Sequence record: SRR20825019_1762
Direction: 5' to 3' (one strand)
DNA: 64,000 bases
Each line of letters opens with the position of its first letter. Position 1 is the first letter of the stretch. Below, in pieces: positions 11,697-24,124 of the stretch. The notes under the pieces were generated by a model, which worked only from the letters and a program-made list of their open reading frames with translations, ran no database searches and was not told where the DNA came from. The position numbers were made by a program, and so were the translations under genes.

Positions 11697-13463
11697 ATGA
11701 AAAAAATCAAAAAAAACCTTAAAAGAATCACGGCCATTTTGTTATTGGTCGCAGTAGCGGGATTGTACTCCTTTTCGGTGAAGGATGCAGGTCCAAAACC
11801 CAAGAAAGCACCCACGCCCCCCGTGTTCACCAAAGTAGTGTACGAGGGTAATGATCAGCTATACAATAATAATCCCTTGGAAGCAGATGAGTTTTACAAT
11901 CCAATTCTTCAAGGTTGTTACCCAGACCCAGCCATAACCCGAAAGGGAGACGATTATTACTTGGTATGTTCGTCATTTGCCATGTTTCCTGGTGTGCCCA
12001 TTTTTCATTCCAAGGATTTGGTCAACTGGACACAGATTGGCCATGTTTTGGACCGGGTTTCCCAGTTGGATGTCCACGATACGGGGATAAGCCAAGGGGT
12101 ATATGCCCCTGGTATCACCTATAACCCCAATAATGATACATTTTATATGATTACCACTGCTTTTGCGGGTGGTTCGGGGAACATCGTAGTGAAGACCAAG
12201 GATCCGATGCAAGGGTGGAGTGATCCTTACCACCTAAAATTTAATGGGATTGACCCATCGCTGTTTTTTGATGATGATGGCAAAGCCTATGTGGTGCACA
12301 ATGATGCTCCGGACAGAGGCAAGGAACTCTATAATGGCCATAGGGTCATCAAAATATGGGAATACGATGTGGAAAAGGACCAGATTATTGAAGGAACCGA
12401 TAAGATCATTGTGGATGGTGGTGTGGACATTTCTGAAAAGCCCATTTGGATTGAAGCACCACATTTGTACAAAAAAGATGGCAAATATTACCTGATGTGC
12501 GCCGAAGGCGGCACCGGTGGATGGCATAGCGAAGTGATTTTTATGAGTGACAGTCCCAAAGGCCCTTTTGTGCCCGCTCCGAGCAATCCCATCCTTACCC
12601 AGCGCTATTTTCCAAAGGAAAGGGAGAACAAAGTGGATTGGGCGGGCCATGCCGACTTAGTTTTGGGTCCGGATGACAAATATTATGGTGTTTTTCTGGC
12701 GGTTCGGCCCAATGAGGAAAACCGCGTGAACACAGGGAGGGAAACCTTTATTTTACCTGTGGATTGGTCGGGCACTTATCCTGTTTTCGAAAATGGATTG
12801 ATCCCAATGGAACCAAAACTAAAAATGCCCGAAGGCGTAGAGAACAAAATGGGGCAAGAAGGATTCTTTCCCAACGGAAACTTCACCTATACCGAGGATT
12901 TCTCATCAGAAAAATTAGATTACCGTTGGATAGGGCTCAGGGGGCCACGGGAAGCCTTTATGGAACAAACCAAGAATGGTTTGGAAATTACGCCCTTTGA
13001 AACCAATATCAAGGAAGTAAAGCCTACATCCACATTGTTCTACAGGCAACAGCACAGAACATTTTCATTCACAACAATCCTAAACTACAAGCCAAAATCT
13101 GAAAAAGATTTGGCGGGAGTGGTCGCCTTACAGAATGAAGGATCCAATTATGTCTTTGGATTGACCAAAAAGGACAATGACTATTATCTCGTACTGGAAA
13201 AAAACAAATGGCCCAGAAGACAGGGTGAAATCATCTCAGAGGTTTTGGCAAGCACTAAAATTGATTTGTCAGGGCCCATTGAATTAAAAATAGCTGCTGA
13301 AGGTGACAAGTATACGTTCAGTTTTTCCACTGATGGAAGCTCTTTTGAGAACTTGAGCGGCACAGTTTCTGGTGACATCCTCTCCACCGATGTGGCAGGA
13401 GGTTTTACCGGTGCTCTTTTGGGACTTTATGCCACCAAGGCAAATGACATAGTACCGGAATAA
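11697..13463 (+). CDS. GH43 beta-xylosidase/arabinofuranosidase with C-terminal beta-sandwich
   Basis: NPILQGCYPDP, GIDPS, WIEAPH, CAEGGT, GHADL, GRETF; C-terminal VAGGFTG. Confidence 0.93.
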   Translation: MKKIKKNLKRITAILLLVAVAGLYSFSVKDAGPKPKKAPTPPVFTKVVYEGNDQLYNNNPLEADEFYNPILQGCYPDPAITRKGDDYYLVCSSFAMFPGVPIFHSKDLVNWTQIGHVLDRVSQLDVHDTGISQGVYAPGITYNPNNDTFYMITTAFAGGSGNIVVKTKDPMQGWSDPYHLKFNGIDPSLFFDDDGKAYVVHNDAPDRGKELYNGHRVIKIWEYDVEKDQIIEGTDKIIVDGGVDISEKPIWIEAPHLYKKDGKYYLMCAEGGTGGWHSEVIFMSDSPKGPFVPAPSNPILTQRYFPKERENKVDWAGHADLVLGPDDKYYGVFLAVRPNEENRVNTGRETFILPVDWSGTYPVFENGLIPMEPKLKMPEGVENKMGQEGFFPNGNFTYTEDFSSEKLDYRWIGLRGPREAFMEQTKNGLEITPFETNIKEVKPTSTLFYRQQHRTFSFTTILNYKPKSEKDLAGVVALQNEGSNYVFGLTKKDNDYYLVLEKNKWPRRQGEIISEVLASTKIDLSGPIELKIAAEGDKYTFSFSTDGSSFENLSGTVSGDILSTDVAGGFTGALLGLYATKANDIVPE

Positions 13464-13487
13464 CATAATCCATCAGAAAAAATGTAA

Positions 13488-16202
<2,715 letters not shown>

Positions 16203-16266
16203 TAAGTCCAAACAAGAATTCATTAAAACGGCTATTATTGAAAAAACCACTAAAAATTAAAATGTT

Positions 16267-18198
16267 ATGAATGGTATTTCTTATCGTCTTAAAGTTGCTT
16301 CCACGTTATTTCTATTTATTTTAATTGGTGGTTGCAATTCCTCTTCCAAACCCAAATGGGAAAAGCGAAACAGCGAATTAATTGAAGAATACGGGCTCAC
16401 TGTCAGGGAACTGCCTAATCTTCCTTCAAGTTCCGTGGCTCCCAATTTGGAAGTGGGAACATCCATAAATTTCCAAGATTTGGACAGTTTGCAATTGTAT
16501 CCCGGGGTAACGGCCAAAATTTTTTGGGGAAATGGAAATTTAATCAGTGTATTCGACCTAGAACCCAATTCGACCATACCAAAAGAAAACTTGCCTGCCA
16601 ATAGATTTTTGATCGTAACAGAGGGTTCCATCGATTACATTGGAGAAGGCACAAAGTATAAAATGATGGCAAGGGAACGGGAAGAACCGGATGGTACTCA
16701 TAGCGGTACACCGAGAATTGATTTTATTTATCAAGACAAAGGAAGCCAAAGCGAAATTGTCGCTGGAGATACTGGGGCCAAAGTGATGGAGGTTTATAGC
16801 CCTATAAAGGTTGATTATCTAGAAAAAATGGGGATTGATGAACTTCCTTTGGAAACCAAGGAACAGACATCCAAGAATGAACCGACCATTGTACCCAATA
16901 AGGTTTATGACCTTTTCGATATTCAGTTTACGCAGCTTGCTGAGGGAATCTATACAAGATTGGTTTCCGCAGGAGACATGCAGCTAAGTTTTGTTTCTGC
17001 CGATCCCAATACCCAATCAAAAGCGCATATTCATCCGGAAGAACAAATCACTATTCTGTTGAGAGGAACCCTAAAGCAAACCGTTCTGGACCAAGAGATG
17101 GAATTAGAACCTCACGATATAGTCCTTGTTCCAGGAAACGTGGTGCATTCCGGTACAGCAGGTGAATTGGGCTTTGATGCACTTGATGTTTTTTGGCCCG
17201 TTCGGGAAGATTATCTGAACAAGCAACAAGCGGCACTTGAGCGATATCACGAAATTATCCCAAAGGACGCCAAGCCCGAATTGGTGATCGATGGTTCAAA
17301 AACAGAACCTACACTTACCTTTAGCGAAGGTCCCAAGTGGATGGATGGGAAACTCTATTTTTCCAACATGTACTTTGACCAAAACTGGAACGCCGACCCA
17401 AAAAAGAGTTCCATTGTGGCACTGGACCCTGATGGAACGTACCAAAATATTACGGAAGGGAAAATGCAGGCGAACGGATTGTATCCCTATAAGAATGGCA
17501 ATTTATTGGTCTGTGATATGATTGGTCACCGGGTGGTGGAAATGACCACGTCCGGGAAAGTGGTCCAAGTCATTGCCGAAACCTATAATGGCAAGCCCAT
17601 AGACGGCCCCAACGATATTATCACCGATACCAAGGGCGGTATCTATTTTACGGATCCCCAATTTACCATGGACGCTGAAAAATATCAGCCCGGAAGAGCT
17701 GTTTACTATGTTTCCCCTGAAAAAGAAGTGACCCGCTTGGTGGAACCCAATGAATTTGCAATGCCCAATGGGATTTTATTAAATCCTGACGGAAAAACGC
17801 TCTACATCAACAATTGTTATGATGACGAATCTTGGTATCCCGTAGACAGTTCAAAGGAAAATTTTGTTTGGGCCTATGATGTGAACGATGATGGTACTAT
17901 TTCAAACGGTCGGAAATTTGCCGAACTGCGTTTGACCGGAAATGTGCTAGACCGTAAAGGCAAGTCTTCTAGTGCGGACGGAATGGCCATTGATACCATG
18001 GGAAATATTTATGTGGCCACCTATTTTGGAGTCCAGATTTTTGATTCTAAAGGCTCCTTTGTCGGCATGATTAATCTACCATCATTTCCAGTGAGTTTAG
18101 GCTTTGGGGATGAGGATATGAAAACTCTCTATATTGTGAGTTATGACAAAGTGTACAAGATTCGAACCAACAGAAAAGGGTATGTCAATTATCTCTAA
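16267..18198 (+). CDS. Lipoprotein: two cupin domains fused to an SMP-30/gluconolactonase domain
   Basis: Lipobox IGGC; cupin HIHPEEQ...VVHSG; SGL motifs FSEGP, ANGL, GPNDI, PNGI, ADGMAID. Confidence 0.85.
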   Translation: MNGISYRLKVASTLFLFILIGGCNSSSKPKWEKRNSELIEEYGLTVRELPNLPSSSVAPNLEVGTSINFQDLDSLQLYPGVTAKIFWGNGNLISVFDLEPNSTIPKENLPANRFLIVTEGSIDYIGEGTKYKMMAREREEPDGTHSGTPRIDFIYQDKGSQSEIVAGDTGAKVMEVYSPIKVDYLEKMGIDELPLETKEQTSKNEPTIVPNKVYDLFDIQFTQLAEGIYTRLVSAGDMQLSFVSADPNTQSKAHIHPEEQITILLRGTLKQTVLDQEMELEPHDIVLVPGNVVHSGTAGELGFDALDVFWPVREDYLNKQQAALERYHEIIPKDAKPELVIDGSKTEPTLTFSEGPKWMDGKLYFSNMYFDQNWNADPKKSSIVALDPDGTYQNITEGKMQANGLYPYKNGNLLVCDMIGHRVVEMTTSGKVVQVIAETYNGKPIDGPNDIITDTKGGIYFTDPQFTMDAEKYQPGRAVYYVSPEKEVTRLVEPNEFAMPNGILLNPDGKTLYINNCYDDESWYPVDSSKENFVWAYDVNDDGTISNGRKFAELRLTGNVLDRKGKSSSADGMAIDTMGNIYVATYFGVQIFDSKGSFVGMINLPSFPVSLGFGDEDMKTLYIVSYDKVYKIRTNRKGYVNYL

Positions 18199-18219
18199 AA
18201 AAAGTGTCAATGATAATAT

Positions 18220-19458
18220 CTAATTCTGCACATCGTCGCCCATAACATCATATCCGCGCCATTTGAATTCCTTGGCAAGTCCTGAAGCGGCAGGCCAAGC
18301 GATTTGGTGTTGATCACTTGCCACCCATTTTCTCCTGTTTTCCTCCGTATCAAAAGATATTTGGATCTGATAGTTATACGTAGTAGGCTCTGCCTGTATT
18401 TCCTTGGCCAAATCATCTGGAAAAAGTCGAAGTAATTTCGAGCTGAGATACCCGTCTTGAACGACCATGGCAGGAACGTAGATGGAATAGTACATTTTTT
18501 CAAAGGCTTTGGCATTTTCCCTATCTACCACAAAATCCATTTGTAAGACCATGGCCTTGGGTGTTTCCAAAGGTCTGGCAATTGACAATCCGTTGTTCTT
18601 TGAAGCTGCAATGCTAATTATTAGAATTTCAAGATTTTCATTGCTGCTATTTGACCAAGCTATTTCTTCTCCCAAACCAGCATGGAATGAATCATCCTTT
18701 TGAATTTTGGCCGTTGCAGAACCAACCGATACCAATCCACTCCCATTCATTATATAGTATACTTCCTCAACCCCTTCCAATTGGCGTTTTTCCGTTGTCC
18801 CCCCTGAGGGAACCACTACATGGTCCACATGGTGCCAATCTGTTCGGAATATTTCTGGATTAAAAATCCGTCTATATAAAACGCCTTTTCCCTTATAAAC
18901 CTCATTGTCTTGTTTCAATTGACCTGTGTCCAATCGGGAGGACACAAATACAGGGACATCATCCTTCTTGGCCCCAACACGGTCATCACCTAGGTCAAAG
19001 GCACCTCCCTGAGCCTTTACCTCACTTACAGCAAAATTCAGCCATTTGAGGGGTTGTCCAGATGAATTATAAATTCCATGGGAATCCCCAAGTTTACAAG
19101 GAACCAAAGCTGGCCCCTTTATTTTTGATGTTCTACCATTGATGGTGAATTCAGCTTCTCCATCCAAAATGACATACATTTCTTCAATGGAATGATGAAA
19201 GTGGTGACCAATACCGGATTTAGGTTGAATAACCCCAGAATGTAGGTACAGGAAGTTGCTGACCAGATCATTTCGGCCAATCAATTGGGTAAAACCCATT
19301 TTACCGGCACCGGCATGTACACTGGATAATTCCCTATACGTCGAAGGATCATTGTAAACCACTCTTTCATTAAGGTTTTGGGCCATGCAGATACTGGCCA
19401 TCAAACAGAACAAAAAGCTGAATATTGGTTTCATAATATTGTATTTGTATCGTTTCAT
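18220..19458 (-). CDS. Exported bicupin with C-terminal ABM-like alpha/beta-barrel domain
   Basis: Signal peptide CMA|Q (start may be Met9); cupin HHFHHSIEEMYVILDG...SHG; degenerate second cupin; about 100-aa C-terminal domain ending W-VASDQH. Confidence 0.75.
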   Translation of the reverse strand: MKRYKYNIMKPIFSFLFCLMASICMAQNLNERVVYNDPSTYRELSSVHAGAGKMGFTQLIGRNDLVSNFLYLHSGVIQPKSGIGHHFHHSIEEMYVILDGEAEFTINGRTSKIKGPALVPCKLGDSHGIYNSSGQPLKWLNFAVSEVKAQGGAFDLGDDRVGAKKDDVPVFVSSRLDTGQLKQDNEVYKGKGVLYRRIFNPEIFRTDWHHVDHVVVPSGGTTEKRQLEGVEEVYYIMNGSGLVSVGSATAKIQKDDSFHAGLGEEIAWSNSSNENLEILIISIAASKNNGLSIARPLETPKAMVLQMDFVVDRENAKAFEKMYYSIYVPAMVVQDGYLSSKLLRLFPDDLAKEIQAEPTTYNYQIQISFDTEENRRKWVASDQHQIAWPAASGLAKEFKWRGYDVMGDDVQN

Positions 19459-19495
19459 TTTAAGTGTATAGAATTAGCCATCATTATCCTATAAG

Positions 19496-21769
19496 TTACT
19501 TTTTGTCCGGTATTCCATAAACCACATAGCCTTTTGCAATTGCTCCCGGTTTTTTCGAGTGGTCATAACTATCTTTTCTAAAATTAGAGGTGGCATTGAT
19601 CACCAAATATTGCTTGTCATCCAAAGTAAACATAATGGGTTGCGCATTGGTCTCATGGCTTAGCGTAGTTTCCCAGAGCACACTTCCATCCTCAGCATCA
19701 AAAGCATAAACCTTACCCCCTTTTGCCGTAGCAAACACAATCCCCGTAGAGGTAATGACCATACCCTTTCTCTGGGTACCATTGGGGGCTCCTTTGGTTT
19801 CATCCCCTTGCACATAAAGCGAGTCCACACCAATGGGTCGTCGCCACTTAATGGTTCCTTCATTCAGGTCATAGGCCACAATTGAGGACCAAGGTGGATC
19901 AATCAAACCGGGCCAATCCAGACCGTAATCGGTAGTGTATCGGTCTTCTGGACGTTCCACGCCTTCAGGGTAATCCTGCATTGGGGCTCCTCGCTGTGCA
20001 TCTGGAGGTATAGTTACCCCACCAGAAGCCACCACAGGGCCATCTACTGGTTCTGCCTGTTGATTGCCCCGTCTAAAACTTCTGCGATCGGTATCACCCC
20101 CAATATATTGGAACAAGGCTTTCAAGGAAGCTTCATCCACATGCACCAGACCTGGCATTACCCCTTTTCCATTGATCACTGTATTCCTAAATTCCTCATA
20201 GAACATATGATGCCCAAGATTCTTCAAGGAAGGCCCTGCCCCACCCTCCATATTTGGGCCATGACAGGCAATACACGAGGAGCTGTAAAGGGATTTGACC
20301 TTGTCCACATCATTGTCCGTAAGCTCGTTTTTTGGTGGTTCCACCTTGTTCAATCTGTAAGTGGATGCATATTCCTGGGTCATTATGTACATCATTCCAT
20401 TACGAGGATCGGCGGCTGTGTTTCCATAATTAGCACCGCCCAAAGCTCCGGGCATCATTATGGTTTCGTATTTGTCGGAAGGCGGCACATATAATCCTGT
20501 TTTGGCAGAATCCAATCTTTTGAGCCAATCTTGCCGGAGACTATCCGAAAAGTAGGGATTCAAGTTTTCTTTGGTCACCTCATGTCTCGTAAAACTCGGA
20601 AGCGAAGTGATGGGTTGTGTCGGCCAAGATTCCTCCCCTTGCATTTCGCTTTTGGGAAATGGTTTTTCCTCAATGGGAAATAGTGATTTCCCAGTTACCC
20701 TATCAAATACAAAAACGAAACCATGTTTGGTGGCAATGGCCACTGCATCTATCTTCTTACCGTCTTTCTCAACCGTGAGCAGTTGTGGGGCCGGCGACAG
20801 GTCATAGTCCCAGAGATCATGGTGAACCGTTTGGTAATGCCAGAGCCTCTCCCCCGTTTTTGCATCAAGGGCCACCAACGAATTAGCAAAAAGGTTACTG
20901 CCCAACCGATCAGCGCCATAATAATCATAGGTTGGCGAACCGATGGGCAAATAGGCAATTCCACGATCCGTATCTACCGATATTTCGCTCCATACGTTAG
21001 CGCCTCCAACATACTTATAAGCATCCTTGGGCCAAGTTTCATAACCATATTCACCGGGATGGGGTATCGTATGAAAGGTCCATTCCAATTTACCAGTAAC
21101 CACATTATAAGCTCTTACGTGACCTGGTGGGGAAAAATAGGCCTCCCCGGGCGCAGAGCCAAGTATCAAAAGATCATCGTAGATAACACCCGGCATCATG
21201 GGCTGTATCCTCGTTATGGATGTTGGATTCCGATCTAAACCTTCCCTAAGGTCCACATAGCCATTGTTCCCGAAATCCATAACAGATTTCCCAGTAACCG
21301 CATCAATCGCCTGAATGGAATTGTTAAGCGTGAACAGTAATCTCTTGTTCTTTTTGTCTTCACTTTCCCAATAATTGATACCTCTTCTGGTAATTCCCGG
21401 CAAATCTGTATGTATCCAAAGTTCTTTACCCGTTTTGGCATTTATGGCAATGAGGGAACTATTTTTCCCGAGAACGTACATGGTGCTGTCCACAATGATC
21501 GGGCTGAAAAAATAAAAACGGTCATCTCCTGATGGGTAGCTCCACAACAGTTGCATTTGTGCAACGTTGGACTTGGTGATACTGGGCGACTCGAAGAACT
21601 TGGATTGGTCTGGACTACCTCCGTAGTGCGACCACATTGTGTGCTCGGCAACTTCATTTGTATGGGTCTGACATCCCGATATAGTGACCAAAATTATCAG
21701 TATAACCAAGGTAACCCAAGATGTTGGCGTGAATTTAATATTTGACATTGTTATAGATGAAAAGCCCAT
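19496..21769 (-). CDS. PQQ-dependent sugar dehydrogenase (mGDH-like) with internal c-type haem domain, lipoprotein
   Basis: W-SHYGG, RGINYW, GGANVW, HHDLWDYD, GGANYG and Trp-docking repeats; CIACH haem motif with downstream MP; lipobox ISGC; no N-terminal 5-TM anchor. Confidence 0.88.
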   Translation of the reverse strand: MGFSSITMSNIKFTPTSWVTLVILIILVTISGCQTHTNEVAEHTMWSHYGGSPDQSKFFESPSITKSNVAQMQLLWSYPSGDDRFYFFSPIIVDSTMYVLGKNSSLIAINAKTGKELWIHTDLPGITRRGINYWESEDKKNKRLLFTLNNSIQAIDAVTGKSVMDFGNNGYVDLREGLDRNPTSITRIQPMMPGVIYDDLLILGSAPGEAYFSPPGHVRAYNVVTGKLEWTFHTIPHPGEYGYETWPKDAYKYVGGANVWSEISVDTDRGIAYLPIGSPTYDYYGADRLGSNLFANSLVALDAKTGERLWHYQTVHHDLWDYDLSPAPQLLTVEKDGKKIDAVAIATKHGFVFVFDRVTGKSLFPIEEKPFPKSEMQGEESWPTQPITSLPSFTRHEVTKENLNPYFSDSLRQDWLKRLDSAKTGLYVPPSDKYETIMMPGALGGANYGNTAADPRNGMMYIMTQEYASTYRLNKVEPPKNELTDNDVDKVKSLYSSSCIACHGPNMEGGAGPSLKNLGHHMFYEEFRNTVINGKGVMPGLVHVDEASLKALFQYIGGDTDRRSFRRGNQQAEPVDGPVVASGGVTIPPDAQRGAPMQDYPEGVERPEDRYTTDYGLDWPGLIDPPWSSIVAYDLNEGTIKWRRPIGVDSLYVQGDETKGAPNGTQRKGMVITSTGIVFATAKGGKVYAFDAEDGSVLWETTLSHETNAQPIMFTLDDKQYLVINATSNFRKDSYDHSKKPGAIAKGYVVYGIPDKK

Positions 21770-21836
21770 TATGCCATGCCGAAGCGTATTCTATACTTTT
21801 GGCCGGACAATGGTAGCTGTCAATATTTTTATGGGT

Positions 21837-22772
21837 TTACCAAGTTCTTTTCTTCAAAATTTCTTGAATCTGCTCTCTGGAAACAGGAAGCTCATCGATA
21901 TGTTCGTTGAGCCACTTGCTAAAATCCTTTTCAATTTCATCAGACCAACGCGTATCAATCTGTCCGGCAGTGTAGGTTCCTTCTTTGATACGTTGATGTC
22001 CGAACATATCACGTAAACGGACAACTTCGGAAACGGTAGCCACTTTTTCTGCCAAATGTGCAGGTATAAAGGTGACCACGCCCATTTTGCCCAAAACAAC
22101 ATCGCCGGGCATTACCGTTACAGTCCTGATCCTGGTTGGTTGATTTATTCCGACCAGCATCGTGTTCAAATCCCCTGGCGGATTATGGTGCGAGGCATCG
22201 TAACTCGTGTAGTAAGAGGTAAAACCGCCAATTTCCATGAGCCCTTCAACATCTCTGAGAGCACCGTCATAAACAATTCCATTACCTGATTTTGCGAAAA
22301 TAGCGTTGCCCACATTATCACCAATGGTGGGGCCATCCTTATCGGCACCAAATTGGTCGGCAACATACACATCCCCCTTTACCAAAATATCCACGGGCCA
22401 CGTGTTCTGCCCACGTTTGCCCTGGGCTTTTCCTCGATCATCTATAGCCTTCCACACATCGGGCCGACCTGGCATAAAGGTTGCCGTAACAGCACGTCCC
22501 ACGAGCACACTATCCGGGTTGATCATTTTCCAGCCTTCGGCAATTTGATAGCGATAGCCTTCATTCTTCATAACCGCCCAAGCTTCTTCGACGCTGACGG
22601 ATTTTATCCTTTCCAAAAGGGCGTCCGAAACTTTTGGCCTTCCATCATCAAAGCGTTCCCCTTTCCATTCCGGAGTTAAAAAAATAAGTTCTTCCTTACT
22701 GATCTGTTGACCCATCATCTGGGTTGCCAGACCAACAAGAACCATTAGGATCATATACTTTTTTCGTAACAT
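21837..22772 (-). CDS. RraA/HMG-aldolase family protein with signal peptide
   Basis: GRAVTA, IGDNVG, DGALRDV, PGDVV; hydrophobic N-terminus ending MMG|QQ. Confidence 0.85.
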   Translation of the reverse strand: MLRKKYMILMVLVGLATQMMGQQISKEELIFLTPEWKGERFDDGRPKVSDALLERIKSVSVEEAWAVMKNEGYRYQIAEGWKMINPDSVLVGRAVTATFMPGRPDVWKAIDDRGKAQGKRGQNTWPVDILVKGDVYVADQFGADKDGPTIGDNVGNAIFAKSGNGIVYDGALRDVEGLMEIGGFTSYYTSYDASHHNPPGDLNTMLVGINQPTRIRTVTVMPGDVVLGKMGVVTFIPAHLAEKVATVSEVVRLRDMFGHQRIKEGTYTAGQIDTRWSDEIEKDFSKWLNEHIDELPVSREQIQEILKKRTW

Positions 22773-22799
22773 AATAGTATCTTTTTAATGAGTTATTGA

Positions 22800-24083
22800 T
22801 TATTCAAAAAATGGTATTCCCTCGGGTGCATATTTCTTCATCGCCTCTTCATTGATATCCACTCCAATACCCGGTTTGTCCGAAACTTTCACAAAGCTGT
22901 CCTTAACCCAATCCCCTTCGTCATAGGTGACGATTTCTTTAAACATTGGATCTGTATGGAAATAGGATTGCCACTCCATTAAATGGAAGTTGGGAACCGA
23001 AGCACAAACATGGGCACAAGCCATAGCCCCCAAGAAGGAAGCCACCATATGTGGCGAAAAGGGAACGTAATATAAATTAGCCAGGTTCGCAATGCGTTGT
23101 CCTTCCCCTAAACCACCACATTTTTGAAGGTCTGGCATAATAATGTCCACTCCATTATCCAACAATTGCTTGAATCCGTGGCCCAAATACACATTTTCAC
23201 CTGCCGAAATTGGTGTGCTGGTTTCTTCTGCCAAGGTTTTGAAGGCATCAAAATTTTCCGCGGGAATCGGTTCTTCCAACCATGTAAGGTTAAGATCCTC
23301 CACTTTCTTGGCAATGGTCTGGGCAGTTACATGATCGTAACGCCCGTGCATATCCACACAAAGGTCTATTTTTGGCCCAACCGCTTCCCTTACTGCGGCC
23401 AGTTGATCATACATTCTTATGATTTCCCCAGGACTGGCCGTCCAATTATATCGGTCATATTTATCAGGATCACTAGCGTAATCCAAATCAAATTTCAACG
23501 CATTGAAGCCCCAATTTTTGATGGCGTCCTTTGCTGCTGTGGCAAAATCATCCGGTGACGGGAAACGAACACGATAAAGGGCAGTATCACAATATACCCT
23601 TACTTTATCACGAAATTTTCCGCCAAGCAATTGATAAACAGGCAAGTCCAAAGCTTTACCTGCCAAATCCCATAAAGCGGTCTCTATGGCAGAAAGAACG
23701 GCTACGTATGTACCCGACTGCCCGCCACCGAAATGACCTGCACGACGGATATCTTCAAATATTTTATGAACATTGAACGGACTTTGGTCCCTTAGAAAAA
23801 ACCCCATCCTTTTGACCAAGTGGTAAGTTCCTGGAACGGCATCCACCCCTTCACCACAACCATAAATTCCTTGATTGGTGTGTATTTTTACGAACAGGCC
23901 ACTACCACGGCGAATAAAGCCACATTTAACATCCGTGATTTTCAAATCTGATGGTGCGGATAATTTTGGATTTTTATCTATTGCTTTTTGATATTCTGAA
24001 CCATATGTTGCTGATGACACCATTCCCAATCCTGCACTGGCCATGATTGATTTGGATATAAAAGATCTTCTTGAATTTTTCAT
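22800..24083 (-). CDS. Mandelate racemase/enolase-superfamily sugar-acid dehydratase, Tat-exported
   Basis: SRRSFI Tat motif; ALWDLAGKALDLPVYQLLGG, KFD, metal ligands D(MHG), E(EP), (G)E; PH catalytic His. Confidence 0.9.
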   Translation of the reverse strand: MKNSRRSFISKSIMASAGLGMVSSATYGSEYQKAIDKNPKLSAPSDLKITDVKCGFIRRGSGLFVKIHTNQGIYGCGEGVDAVPGTYHLVKRMGFFLRDQSPFNVHKIFEDIRRAGHFGGGQSGTYVAVLSAIETALWDLAGKALDLPVYQLLGGKFRDKVRVYCDTALYRVRFPSPDDFATAAKDAIKNWGFNALKFDLDYASDPDKYDRYNWTASPGEIIRMYDQLAAVREAVGPKIDLCVDMHGRYDHVTAQTIAKKVEDLNLTWLEEPIPAENFDAFKTLAEETSTPISAGENVYLGHGFKQLLDNGVDIIMPDLQKCGGLGEGQRIANLANLYYVPFSPHMVASFLGAMACAHVCASVPNFHLMEWQSYFHTDPMFKEIVTYDEGDWVKDSFVKVSDKPGIGVDINEEAMKKYAPEGIPFFE

Positions 24084-24124
24084 ATTTGGTTGCTTTTTGA
24101 CTTAAGAGATAATTATTATAATTT

